From a virus (lineage: Duplodnaviria > Caudoviricetes): a DNA stretch of 44,776 bases. The stretch lies in IMG/VR virus record IMGVR_UViG_3300048855_000198, positions 1-44,776 of that record, one strand, 5' to 3'. Below the pieces are notes generated by a model, which saw nothing but the letters and a program-made list of their open reading frames with translations, did no database searches and was not told where the DNA came from. Positions 8,643 through 18,476 of the stretch are shown here, in pieces. Both the position numbers and the translations under genes were made by a program. Numbering within the stretch: position 1 is the first letter of the stretch; the number at the start of each line of letters is the position of its first letter.

Positions 8643-8654
8643 ACGTCATCCTCC

Positions 8655-9392
8655 CTACAGGTCCCTCGCGAACCGTATCACCCTGCCCCAGATCACGACG
8701 TCAGCGGCATCCACCTCGTACGGCTCGATCGTCTTATTATCTGAGATGACAACAATCCGTTTACCGCCGGCGGTCGGGCGCAGGCGCTTGATCGTGGCCC
8801 CGCCATTGATCGACGCAGCGTAGATCCGATCCGAGTGCAGCAGCTGGTTCTGGGTCGTGTCGATCCAGACGAGATCGTTGGGCACCAGCGTCGGGAACAT
8901 GCTGTCCCCTGCCCCTGATGCAAGACGCAGCCGGTGCGGCGGCGTGCGAGTGAAGGATCGAACATAGCCGGCGTCAAACGCGATCGGCTCCTCTTCGACA
9001 TAGTCGTCGACCGTCGCGCCTGGCCCCATCGGCAGCGATAGGTCCAGCCGGGGAATCACGACAGTCTCACCGCCATCTGCCGATCGCACAACCGGTTGAT
9101 CGGGCTGGTCGGCTCGCAGCCCTACTTCCGCAGGCATAGCGCTGCTCGACGATCCCGCAGACCGTTCCTGACCGTACAGGTCGTACAGGTCGGCCTCATT
9201 GCGGTCGATGTATGCGAGCATCTTGCGCAGAGTGTCGGCTCGCGGGCTGGTATTCTTGCCCTTGAGGTTGGAGAAAAAGCTCCGATTGACGCCAGCACGC
9301 TCCGCCCAATCCGTCTCGGCCAAGTCTGCCGGCTTAAGCGCCATGAGACGATCGTAAAGGGTCGATCCGCGCAAATCTTCAACCGGGGGCAT
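8655..9392 (-). CDS. cI: CI-like repressor (HTH + S24 autopeptidase)
   Basis: N-terminal HTH (AERAGVNRSFFSNLK); GDSMFPTL and TIKRL S24 motifs; divergent from cro; start taken as ATG at 9392. Confidence 0.92.
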   Translation of the reverse strand: MPPVEDLRGSTLYDRLMALKPADLAETDWAERAGVNRSFFSNLKGKNTSPRADTLRKMLAYIDRNEADLYDLYGQERSAGSSSSAMPAEVGLRADQPDQPVVRSADGGETVVIPRLDLSLPMGPGATVDDYVEEEPIAFDAGYVRSFTRTPPHRLRLASGAGDSMFPTLVPNDLVWIDTTQNQLLHSDRIYAASINGGATIKRLRPTAGGKRIVVISDNKTIEPYEVDAADVVIWGRVIRFARDL

Positions 9393-9472
9393 GTTGGATA
9401 TGTCCCACAGCGCCGGGCGGCACGAAATGAGTAAGTTTCCTACTTGCAACGTTGGAAGTATCCAACTAGGTA
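9393..9472 (+). promoter_or_regulatory. OR operators and PR promoter
   Basis: GTTGGAtatgTCCCAC (9393-9408), degenerate GTTTCCtactTGCAAC (9435-9450), perfect GTTGGAagtaTCCAAC (9451-9466); TTGCAA-N17-TAGGTA. Confidence 0.8.
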
Positions 9473-9479
9473 GAGAGGC

Positions 9480-9692
9480 ATGAAGAGCGAAGCCGACATC
9501 CTCGCCGACATCGAGCGCTTCCGTGCGGAGCACGGAGTTCCAGAAACGACGTTCGGCCGGCGTGCGGCATCCGATCCTAACCTCATTGCAGGGCTTCGTG
9601 CGGGGCGAGAGCTTCGGAGGTCGACAGAGAGCAAGGTTCGATCGTTCATGGCGACGTACGCTCCCGCCTCTGCCGAGCAGGTCGCCGCATAG
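9480..9692 (+). CDS. cro: Cro-like HTH protein
   Basis: 70 aa, ETTFGRRAASDPNLIAGLRAGRE pattern; divergent from cI. Confidence 0.82.
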   Translation: MKSEADILADIERFRAEHGVPETTFGRRAASDPNLIAGLRAGRELRRSTESKVRSFMATYAPASAEQVAA

Positions 9693-9854
9693 ATGCGCAG
9701 CGCCATTACCTTCATCGTCGTCATGGCGATCGGCGCGGCGTTTGCGCTGCTGCTCGATCGGGCGGGGCTGGGCTTCATCGCCGGGTTCGCGCTTGGTGTC
9801 GCGTACATGCTCGGCATGTCGTTCGGCATCAACACTTGGGGTCGTGCGGCATGA
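9693..9854 (+). CDS. Small 2-TM membrane protein (53 aa)
   Basis: MRSAITFIVVMAIGAAFALLLDRAGLGFIAGFALGVAYML...; abuts the cro stop; ATGA overlap with the next gene. Confidence 0.6.
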   Translation: MRSAITFIVVMAIGAAFALLLDRAGLGFIAGFALGVAYMLGMSFGINTWGRAA

Positions 9855-10048
9855 GTTCCCTTACCGCCCTTGGCGTCTACGGCCTGATCGCGCTGCTCGC
9901 GGCGTGCTTGTTCGTCGCTGTATTTCGCAAGGATCGCGGCGAGGAGTTCGCGCGCGACAGCGATGCGGAGGAGCTTCGGCGCCAGATGAAGGGTGCTGGT
10001 GTTCATTCCCATTCTGCTATCGCCAAGGAGGCGCGTCATCATGTCTGA
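9851..10048 (+). CDS. Small membrane-anchored protein
   Basis: MSSLTALGVYGLIALLAACLFVAVF TM helix. Confidence 0.6.
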   Translation: MSSLTALGVYGLIALLAACLFVAVFRKDRGEEFARDSDAEELRRQMKGAGVHSHSAIAKEARHHV

Positions 10049-10466
10049 TCATGCCGCAATGCAGCGGGAAGTCGCCGATCGGCAGCGCGCGATGTTCGCG
10101 AGCTTCGTCGGCAAGGGCTGCCACACGACGCGCGCGGCGCTGTCGGCAGCATCCAAGGTTCCCGAGAGCACGCTGCGCGAGTGGGCCTCTGGCGCGAGCA
10201 TGGGCATCGCCGGCCTGCTGACGCTGCGCCGTCATCTGCCGGCGGCGGCGATCAACATGCTCACCGAGCCGGGCGACGCGCGCCTCGTCGGGATCGAGCA
10301 AGCCGAAACCAATTGGGATGCGATCGCGGCTGGCGCTGCTGGACTGACCTTCGAGATCTGCGAAGCGCGCAAGGACGGGAACGTCGACCATGTCGAGAAG
10401 GCGCGGCTGAAACACCGCGTTCGCGGACTGGTGGCCGAGCTTTCCGACGTGATCGCCGAGGACTGA
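10041..10466 (+). CDS. CII-like HTH regulator
   Basis: AAGGAGG RBS; HTH RAALSAASKVPESTLREW; C-terminal DGNVDHVEK; cII position. Confidence 0.65.
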   Translation: MSDHAAMQREVADRQRAMFASFVGKGCHTTRAALSAASKVPESTLREWASGASMGIAGLLTLRRHLPAAAINMLTEPGDARLVGIEQAETNWDAIAAGAAGLTFEICEARKDGNVDHVEKARLKHRVRGLVAELSDVIAED

Positions 10467-10508
10467 GGACCGATATTTCGGCGGCCAACCCCGCCCAGGA
10501 GACCATCA

Positions 10509-10673
10509 ATGACGAACACGGGCAGCGCGCCCGCGGGAGACCGCGTCGGCGCGATGGGAAACTTGCGTCCGATCGCGCACGGCCAGTTCCGACTGCTGCC
10601 GGTCCCGATGCCGCGCGACCAACCCGAGGCACATGCCTGGGGTGACCGCATCGCGCAGTGGGCGAAGTCGTGA
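10509..10673 (+). CDS. Small hypothetical protein (54 aa)
   Basis: AGGAG RBS, MTNTGSAPAGDRVG...; GTGA overlap with the MTase gene. Confidence 0.5.
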   Translation: MTNTGSAPAGDRVGAMGNLRPIAHGQFRLLPVPMPRDQPEAHAWGDRIAQWAKS

Positions 10674-11284
10674 CCGTCGGCAACGTCGCTCAGAACGCGA
10701 AGGCGAGCAGCTACGAGCGCGCGGCGGGCGACTGGTATGTCGAGCCGCGCTGGTGCGTCGAGCAGCTGGCTGACGCAATCGACTTCGCCGGTACGCTGAT
10801 CTGGGATCCGGCGAACGGCGGCGGCACGATTCCCCGCGTGTTCGAGGATCGCGGCTTTCTGTCGATCGGCAGCGACATTGCCGATCGCGGCGACGAGTAC
10901 GCGGTCACCCCGGTCGACTTCCTCACCTGCGACGATTTCGAAGTCGTAAACGAGACCGCCCGGTTCTCGATTGTCACCAATCCGCCGTTCAAGCTCGCCG
11001 AGGCGTTCTGCCGCCGCGCGCTGGCCCTGCCGACGTACAAGGTCGCGATCCTCCAGCAGCTGTCGTTTCTCGCCAGCCGCGGGCGGCAGGCGCTGTTCCG
11101 CGACTTCCCGCCGAGCGACATCCTTGTGCTGTCGCAGCGCCCATCGATGCCGCCGGGCGCGCTGATCGCTGACCTTGGCGACAAGGCTTTCCGCGGCGGC
11201 ACGACCGACTTCTGCTGGATCGTTTGGACCCGTCCCCACGATCGCGAAACCCGCACCCGCTGGCTGCCCATCCGGAGCGCATAA
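10670..11284 (+). CDS. Orphan amino (probably N6-adenine) DNA methyltransferase
   Basis: DWYVEP, IWDPANGGG (motif I), GSDI, IVTNPPF (motif IV). Confidence 0.85.
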   Translation: MTVGNVAQNAKASSYERAAGDWYVEPRWCVEQLADAIDFAGTLIWDPANGGGTIPRVFEDRGFLSIGSDIADRGDEYAVTPVDFLTCDDFEVVNETARFSIVTNPPFKLAEAFCRRALALPTYKVAILQQLSFLASRGRQALFRDFPPSDILVLSQRPSMPPGALIADLGDKAFRGGTTDFCWIVWTRPHDRETRTRWLPIRSA

Positions 11285-12114
11285 TGGCCCACGCAAAGAT
11301 CAACCTTCAGCGTATGCTCGACTGGATCGTAGCCAGCGTCGACGCCGGCGGCGCGCAGATGACGGACGCCGAAATCTGCGAGCGCTTCGGCTTCTCCTCG
11401 ACGGAGCACGCCCGGACGTTGCTGGCCGAGCTATCCGACCAAGGCAAGATTCGCATCGACTGGCGCGCGCAACCGCGGATGATCGTGCTCGGCGCGAAGG
11501 GTGGGTCGACATTCTCCCCCGCGCGGCCGCTCGCCGGCACAGTCGTTCGCCGCGACGACGGCGGGAAGCCGATCAACGTTCACCCTGAGACTGTCGTAGC
11601 GCATCCTGCTCGTATTCACGTCGCCCGGCCTGATCAGCCGAGCCGTATCGACCAAATCCGCGCAGCCGCCGAGAGCCTCGCGAGCCGGAACGTTCGCACG
11701 CCAGCGGCCTCGCCAGCACCCGCGGTGCGTGCCCCTGATCCTGCGCCCGCCGAGACGGCTGCAAACGATCCGGAAAAGCGGCACGCTTCGCCCGGAAAGG
11801 GCATGGGCCGCGGCTGGAAGCCGGCGAATGTCGCCACGCGGCAGGATCGGCGGCAGCTGAACATCCATTTTCCAAGCGCCAAATACGAGACGGTAGAGCG
11901 CTTGGCCGCGGAAGCGGGCTCGACGCCCAGCGCATGGGCGCGCGGCATCGTCATGTCGGTGCTCGACGGCGAACCGCATTTCGAGCGCGGCAACAAACCG
12001 CGCATCTCCGCTGCCGTCATCCGCGCTGCTGCGGCGGCTGGTGAGCCTCTCGACGCCTTCATTACCAGCCTGATTGATCGCGGCCTCGCTGCCCACAACG
12101 GGGAAGCGGCATGA
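11284..12114 (+). CDS. DNA-binding protein (N-terminal wHTH, C-terminal RHH-like)
   Basis: TDAEICERFGFSSTEHARTLLAELSDQGKI; RQLNIHFPSAKYETVERLAAEAGSTPSAWARGIV. Confidence 0.65.
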   Translation: MAHAKINLQRMLDWIVASVDAGGAQMTDAEICERFGFSSTEHARTLLAELSDQGKIRIDWRAQPRMIVLGAKGGSTFSPARPLAGTVVRRDDGGKPINVHPETVVAHPARIHVARPDQPSRIDQIRAAAESLASRNVRTPAASPAPAVRAPDPAPAETAANDPEKRHASPGKGMGRGWKPANVATRQDRRQLNIHFPSAKYETVERLAAEAGSTPSAWARGIVMSVLDGEPHFERGNKPRISAAVIRAAAAAGEPLDAFITSLIDRGLAAHNGEAA

Positions 12115-12470
12115 ACGCGGCAGTGGCTGCCGAATTGGACGCGGCGTTCAGCGCCCGCGCCGACGCCCGCCGACGGCGTGACGCCGACGATGCAGCGCGC
12201 CGCGCAGCCAAGCGTGCCGCTAATCCGGCACGTTCTCAGCTGATAGCGATGCCCCGAATGGCCGCCCTGATGAAGGCCGGCGCTCTGCTCGGCAGCGCGA
12301 AGGCGCTGGCAGAGGCGCTGGGCATCGCTGACCGCACGCTGCGGGCGAAGACGGGCGCCGAGCGCGGCGTGACGGACAACGATCTGCGCGCCGCGGCTGA
12401 TGCCCTCGACCTCCGAGCCGCCGCCCTCACCCTGCATGCGCAGAAGCTGCGCGACGAGGCGAGCGCGTGA
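12111..12470 (+). CDS. HTH-containing hypothetical protein
   Basis: AKALAEALGIADRTLRAK. Confidence 0.7.
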   Translation: MNAAVAAELDAAFSARADARRRRDADDAARRAAKRAANPARSQLIAMPRMAALMKAGALLGSAKALAEALGIADRTLRAKTGAERGVTDNDLRAAADALDLRAAALTLHAQKLRDEASA

Positions 12471-12636
12471 GCGACAGCCGGATCGCAGATCTCGTCGAGC
12501 AGGCGGCAGATCGCATCATCGCATGCCATGCCGAAGGGCCATGGCGCGTGCTGGTCGAGGTTGCCGTCTGGCAGGACTGCAACGGCACCTATTTCATGCG
12601 CCAGGTCGCTGCGCGCATCAAGGAGCGCACAGGCGT

Positions 12637-12640
<4 letters not shown>
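12467..12640 (+). CDS. Small hypothetical protein (57 aa)
   Basis: GTGA/ATGA overlaps on both sides; MSDSRIADLVEQAADRII... Confidence 0.55.
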
Positions 12641-13566
<926 letters not shown>

Positions 13567-14126
13567 CGTGGCGATCGCTGGGCTGGGCGTGGGTGCCGAT
13601 GCGGCGATCGACGCGGCCGTCGCGAAGAACGCGGCCGAGATGGCGCCGGTCCCTGCTGATCGGCAGGGACGTACCGGCTGGGAAGGCGCGATGGACGAGC
13701 GCCTGCGCCGCCTCGCCGCCAAGGTGCTGCCGACGGCGAGCGCCGAAGCGGCGACCGCGTGGCGCGACGCAATGGTCGAGGCGCTCAGCGACCTGCCCGC
13801 CATGATTGCGCTGAGCGCCGCGAAGAAGGCGATCCACAAGCCGTTTCGCTTCGTCGGTGAGGTCGAGCCCGCGATTCGCGAGATCGCGGATGCCATGGTT
13901 GAGCGTCGCCACGTCCGCGCAGCTGCGCTGCAGCGCATGCGGGAGGCGATCCGGCGCGCGGCGAACCCTGCGCCCGCCCTGCCTGCCCCGGAGATCACGC
14001 CGGCCGGCATCCGCGCGATGAAGGCGGAGATCCGATCATTGGGGCTGAAGGCCGGCTTTCTTACCCAGGAGCAGATCGACGCGGCCCTCGCCTATGACGA
14101 CGAGCCGCAGGCAGAGGCGGCATGAC

Positions 14127-14330
14127 GTGGCGTGGCACGATGGCCGCACCTTCTACTGCTGCCCGTGCGGATCGCGGGAGGAGCGGCTCGGGCCGGCCCC
14201 TGCGTCCCTGTCCTGCGATGGCTGCAAGGGCGGCATCATGGCGCAGTGGGTGCCGCCGGCGGTTGCCGCCGAGCGCTTGTCGCCTCCGTTCCTCAGTAGT
14301 CTTTCACGACAGGGTGCGTCGCGTGAATAG
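14127..14330 (+). CDS. Small Zn-ribbon-like protein
   Basis: FYCCPCG...SCDGCKG; start uncertain. Confidence 0.45.
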   Translation: MAWHDGRTFYCCPCGSREERLGPAPASLSCDGCKGGIMAQWVPPAVAAERLSPPFLSSLSRQGASRE

Positions 14331-14535
14331 CAGCGACCGCTTCCGTGATGGTCGATTGCTGTTTCGCGGATCCGCCTGGGATCACGCCCCACGAGTTCCC
14401 GATCCTCCGGTGTCGGGGGAAGGTGTGGATCGGCCCGATCATCGCAGACCAGTCGGTTGCGTTGTCTCCCGACCTTTGCAGCACCTCCTCGGTGAGCATC
14501 GCGAGAAGGTCTTCGGGGAGCATGCGTCGAGCCAT
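14293..14535 (-). CDS. Small counter-oriented hypothetical protein (moron-like)
   Basis: MARRMLPEDLLAMLTEEV...; opposite strand inside the early right operon. Confidence 0.5.
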   Translation of the reverse strand: MARRMLPEDLLAMLTEEVLQRSGDNATDWSAMIGPIHTFPRHRRIGNSWGVIPGGSAKQQSTITEAVAAIHATHPVVKDY

Positions 14536-14629
14536 GCCGGGGCCAATGCAACCACAATGGTAAACAATTCGATCCGGCTTGACCGGATGCCGCACGAGTA
14601 CGGCAAGCAACAGAGCGGGGTTCAGGAAG

Positions 14630-15220
14630 ATGGCGGGGAATGAGCAGCAGGATCAGGGCGGCGCGGTGCAGCGCTGGTGCATCCTGACAACGGCAGCAAC
14701 GCGGACGCTGCCGTTGGCGCGGGCGCTCACCAACGCGGGCGTGGTGGCGTGGACACCGGCGCGCATGGAGCGCCGGGTTGGTCGAGGTAAGCAGCGCGAC
14801 AAGGTCGTGCAGGTTGAGGTGGCGATCACCCCGACGTTCGTCTTCGCCGATGCGACGCGGGTCGACGATCTGCTGCGTTCGCTGGCGCTGCCGGTAAGCC
14901 CCTACCCTGCCTTTCGCATCATGCGACACGGTGACCGTATCCCGCTGGTCAGCAACGCCGGCCTGGCCTCGCTTCGCGCAGCAGAGGAGCGGTTTGCCGC
15001 ATCGCTGCTCAAGACTACGCGGCGCAAGGTGGCGATCGGCACCACGGTGCGGATGAGCAAGGGAGCATTCGCGGGCATGACTGGTGTCGTAGAAGGCGGG
15101 ACGGACAAGGAGGCAAAGGTCAACTTCGGCTCCGGCTTCGTCGTGTCGATTGCCTCTTACCTATTAGGAACAGACGTGGTACAGGCGAAGCCTCAGCCCA
15201 TCACGGGCATCGCCGCATGA
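14630..15220 (+). CDS. NusG/RfaH-family transcription antiterminator (late regulator, Q position)
   Basis: NGN-like WCILTT...AWTP...ITPTFVFA; KOW GTTVRMSKGAFAGMTGVV. Confidence 0.85.
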   Translation: MAGNEQQDQGGAVQRWCILTTAATRTLPLARALTNAGVVAWTPARMERRVGRGKQRDKVVQVEVAITPTFVFADATRVDDLLRSLALPVSPYPAFRIMRHGDRIPLVSNAGLASLRAAEERFAASLLKTTRRKVAIGTTVRMSKGAFAGMTGVVEGGTDKEAKVNFGSGFVVSIASYLLGTDVVQAKPQPITGIAA

Positions 15221-15305
15221 GCGGCTATCGACGGGCTAGCGCCACGGTTTCGACCGCCTCCGTCCCTCCTGCTTCGACGGGCGTGCGGCGCAATGGAGGG
15301 TTGGG

Positions 15306-15530
15306 ATGGCTAAGCTGATCGATACCGCAATGTATCGGACCGACGACGGCGAGTTGTTTGAGGTCTTCACCTATCAAGACGTGATCGACGCTGGCACGAA
15401 GGATGATCCCTTCGCCACGCTGGATGGGCTCAAGTGGACGCAGCTCTCGTCGGGCGAAAAGATCAACTATGTCGACGAGAACACCCTGCGCTTTGTCCAC
15501 CGAGGCCAGCGGTTGCTGCACCGGGTCTGA
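15306..15530 (+). CDS. Small hypothetical protein
   Basis: GGAGGG RBS; 74 aa with globular composition. Confidence 0.7.
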   Translation: MAKLIDTAMYRTDDGELFEVFTYQDVIDAGTKDDPFATLDGLKWTQLSSGEKINYVDENTLRFVHRGQRLLHRV

Positions 15531-15658
15531 TCGCACGGCTTTCACTTCGTGCTTTCGAGTATCTCACGGATATCACCTAACCTCGTCACCTGAGGCGATT
15601 TTCAGGCCGGCCCAATGCGGGTCTGACCGATCCGGACCGAGAAAGGTCCGGACCCGAC

Positions 15659-15699
15659 GGGTCCTTCCGGGGCATTTGAGCAGTACGGGGGGCAAAGGC
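15659..15699 (+). other. Lambda-like cos site (cosQ + cosN)
   Basis: GGGTCCT (identical to lambda cosQ) then 22 nt ending TACG then GGGGGCAAAGGC, just upstream of terS. Confidence 0.7.
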
Positions 15700-15794
15700 C
15701 CATAAAGTTTCTAGGCACAAGATGGCCTATGGTTCTTCCTCCCCGGTAGGGAAACCGACGCTTTTCTGCGGCTTTGACCAGATGGAGCAGGGAA

Positions 15795-16292
15795 GTGGCG
15801 CAGATCGACCTCGAAGAGCCAACCCGGCCTCAGCTTGCCGCTCTGTTCGGCTGCTCCAGCCGCTGGATCGGGGAGCTCCGCTCCAAAGGCGACCTGCCGG
15901 CGGATGGCGCATCGCTCCTCGAGAACATCGAAGCGTGGGCGCAGAATAAGTATGGTGTCGAGGCTGCTGATCCTGACGCGCTCGACAAGGAGCAGCAGCA
16001 GGCACGGCTCGCGAAAGAGCAGGCTGACGCCAAGGCTATGGATAACGCGGAGCGGAGGCGCGAGCTCGCTTCCCTGCCGGACATGGTGGCCGCCGGCGCT
16101 GGCGTGATCGTCATGATCGTCGCTCAGTTACAGCAGGTCGGCGCGCGCGTCGCCAAGGGTGACACCAAGTTGCGCGCTCGCATCGATGGCGAGATCAACA
16201 ACGTCCTCACCGACCTGAGCATGACGCGGATTGAAGAGGCGCGCGGCGGGGGCTTTGACGATGGCGAGCCCGAAGACGAAGGGGGCGCCTGA
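15795..16292 (+). CDS. terS: Terminase small subunit (Nu1-like)
   Basis: wHTH TRPQLAALFGCSSRWI; ARLAKEQAD..AMDN coiled coil; overlaps terL. Confidence 0.85.
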   Translation: MAQIDLEEPTRPQLAALFGCSSRWIGELRSKGDLPADGASLLENIEAWAQNKYGVEAADPDALDKEQQQARLAKEQADAKAMDNAERRRELASLPDMVAAGAGVIVMIVAQLQQVGARVAKGDTKLRARIDGEINNVLTDLSMTRIEEARGGGFDDGEPEDEGGA

Positions 16293-18267
16293 GCCTTACC
16301 GCGCACCTGGCGCGCACGGCGTTTCCCTCGCTGCGGGGTGGCTCGCCGCCTGCCAGCCGCGCGAGCGCCCGCCCCTGTCGAAGTTCATGGTCGAGCACGC
16401 CCGCTCCGATGATGGTGCGCGCATCCGGCCATTCCCGTTCCAGGCGGACATCGCCGACGCGTTCACCGATCCCGAGACCGCGCAGCTGTCCGTGCGGAAG
16501 AGCAGCCGCATCGGCTACTCCACGATCCTTCAATGCTTCGTCGCCTGGCGTATCAAGTTCGACCCAGCGCGCACGCTCATCTACCAGCCGACGATCGACG
16601 ACGCGGAGAAGTTCAGCCGCGACGACCTCGACCCAGTGTTACAGTGGCCGGTCGTCCGATCGGTCGCCACGTTCAAGCCGCGGCATGCAGACAACCAGAT
16701 CAGGGCCAAGCGCTACAAGGGCGGCTGGATCCAGATCAAGGGCGCCAACAGCCCGAAGGAGTTCCGGCGCGTCACCGCCGACGACGTGTTCCTCGAGGAG
16801 TGCGACGGTTACCCCTGGGCGTCGAAGGAAGAGGGCGACCCGGCCCGTCTGGCGTTCAAGCGCAACCTGACATCGCCGCGCCGCTTCAGCGCTGCCGGCT
16901 CGACGCCCAAGGTGAAGGGCTTCAGCCGGATCGATCAGCTGTTCGAGCAGGGCAGCCAGGAGTATCGCTACGTTCCCTGCCCCAAGTGCGGGCACATGCA
17001 GACGCTGGTGTTCGGAGATGGCACCGGCCCCGGCATCCACTGGGCACCGAAGGAGATTCCGACCCGCGCCTGGTATCAGTGCGAGCAGGGCTGTGAGATC
17101 GACGAGGCCGAGAAGCCTTGGATGGATGAAAATGGCGAGTGGCGTGCCCATAATCCGGCACAGTTTCCGCGGCATCGATCGTTCCACGTCTGGGCGGCCT
17201 ACAGTCAGCATCCCGGCGCCGCGTGGCTGGAGATCGCGCGCGAGTTCATGGAGGTCCGTAAGGACGCCAATCTCCTCCGTACGTTCGTAAATCAGGTCCT
17301 CGGCGAGGCATGGGCGGAGCGCGGCGAGGCGCCGGAATGGCAGCGCCTCTATGATCGCCGGGAGAAGGCGATGCGGTTGAAGACGCCGCCCGCCTGGGCA
17401 GGATTGCTGGTCGGCGCGGCCGACGTGCAGCGCGGCGGCGGCGGTCGCATCGAGCTCGATATCTGGGCATTCGGACCAAACCGCCAGCGCGCGCTGGTCG
17501 AGCATATCGAAATCGACGGCGCCGCGTCCGATCAGGCCACCTGGACGAAGCTCGATAAGCAAATCGCCCGTGAATGGCGGTCCGAGGATGGTCGGCGGAT
17601 GAAGCTCGCGCGGGTCGGCATCGACTCTGGCGACGGCGAATCCACCATGGAGGTCTATAACTGGGCGCGCCGGCATCCCGGCTTCGTCATGGCGCTGAAA
17701 GGGCGAGAAACGCTGGCGGCGTCGCAGGCGATCGCCGGTCCGACGTGGGTCGACGTGACGATCCGCGGGCGCAAGGTGAAGCGTGGCGTGCGGTTGTGGA
17801 CCGTCGGCACGTCGATGCTCAAGCTCGAGCTATACGGCCAGCTGGCGTTGGAAAAGCCGGTCGACGGCGAGGCCTACCCGGACGGTTACGTCTTCCTGCC
17901 GGACGGCACGCCGGACGAATGGATCAAGCAGCTTGTCGCCGAAGAGCTTCGGATGACGCGACTGCGCAACGGCGGGTTCCGGCGCGAATGGCACAAGACG
18001 AGGGACCGTAACGAGGCGCTCGACATGGCGGTCTACGCCCGGTCGATAACCTACGCGCTGGGCATAGATCGATGGACGGATCGGCATTGGTCGAAGGTCC
18101 GCGGCGAGATGGATGCTCCCGAGGAGCTCCCGCCCACGCCGCCAAAACCTGAGCCGCCAAAGACGGGCTCGCAGATCCGCAAGCTTGCCGCTGCCAAGGC
18201 GCCGGCAGCTGCGCGCAAGCCGACGCCGGTCCGCAAGCCGAACCCATTTACGACACGGAGGCGCTGA
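16261..18267 (+). CDS. terL: Terminase large subunit, lambda gpA family
   Basis: KSSRIGYS Walker A variant, VFLEECDGY Walker B, GSTP, CPKCG, NEALD. Confidence 0.95.
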   Translation: MASPKTKGAPEPYRAPGAHGVSLAAGWLAACQPRERPPLSKFMVEHARSDDGARIRPFPFQADIADAFTDPETAQLSVRKSSRIGYSTILQCFVAWRIKFDPARTLIYQPTIDDAEKFSRDDLDPVLQWPVVRSVATFKPRHADNQIRAKRYKGGWIQIKGANSPKEFRRVTADDVFLEECDGYPWASKEEGDPARLAFKRNLTSPRRFSAAGSTPKVKGFSRIDQLFEQGSQEYRYVPCPKCGHMQTLVFGDGTGPGIHWAPKEIPTRAWYQCEQGCEIDEAEKPWMDENGEWRAHNPAQFPRHRSFHVWAAYSQHPGAAWLEIAREFMEVRKDANLLRTFVNQVLGEAWAERGEAPEWQRLYDRREKAMRLKTPPAWAGLLVGAADVQRGGGGRIELDIWAFGPNRQRALVEHIEIDGAASDQATWTKLDKQIAREWRSEDGRRMKLARVGIDSGDGESTMEVYNWARRHPGFVMALKGRETLAASQAIAGPTWVDVTIRGRKVKRGVRLWTVGTSMLKLELYGQLALEKPVDGEAYPDGYVFLPDGTPDEWIKQLVAEELRMTRLRNGGFRREWHKTRDRNEALDMAVYARSITYALGIDRWTDRHWSKVRGEMDAPEELPPTPPKPEPPKTGSQIRKLAAAKAPAAARKPTPVRKPNPFTTRRR

Positions 18268-18476
18268 TGGCGTTCCAGCAATCCGACCTCGACAAGCTTG
18301 ACGCCGCAATCCTCTCGGGGGTGCGCGCCGTCACCTTCGCCGACGGCCGCAAGACCGAGTTCCACTCGCTCAACGAGATGCGCGCGTTGCGCTCTGACGT
18401 GAAGGCCGAGCTCTCGGCTGCCGCATCGCAGGCCCAGCCGCGTCGGCGCACGACCATCGGCCGGATGCGCCGCTGA
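18267..18476 (+). CDS. Head-tail joining protein (gpW-like)
   Basis: LDAAILSGVRAVTFADGRKTEFHSLNEM; between terL and portal. Confidence 0.85.
   Translation: MAFQQSDLDKLDAAILSGVRAVTFADGRKTEFHSLNEMRALRSDVKAELSAAASQAQPRRRTTIGRMRR

Noticed and set aside
9393-9533. Longer cI start given by the ORF track (9533)
   Set aside because: Would run through the operators and overlap cro; ATG at 9392 fits HTH position and switch layout
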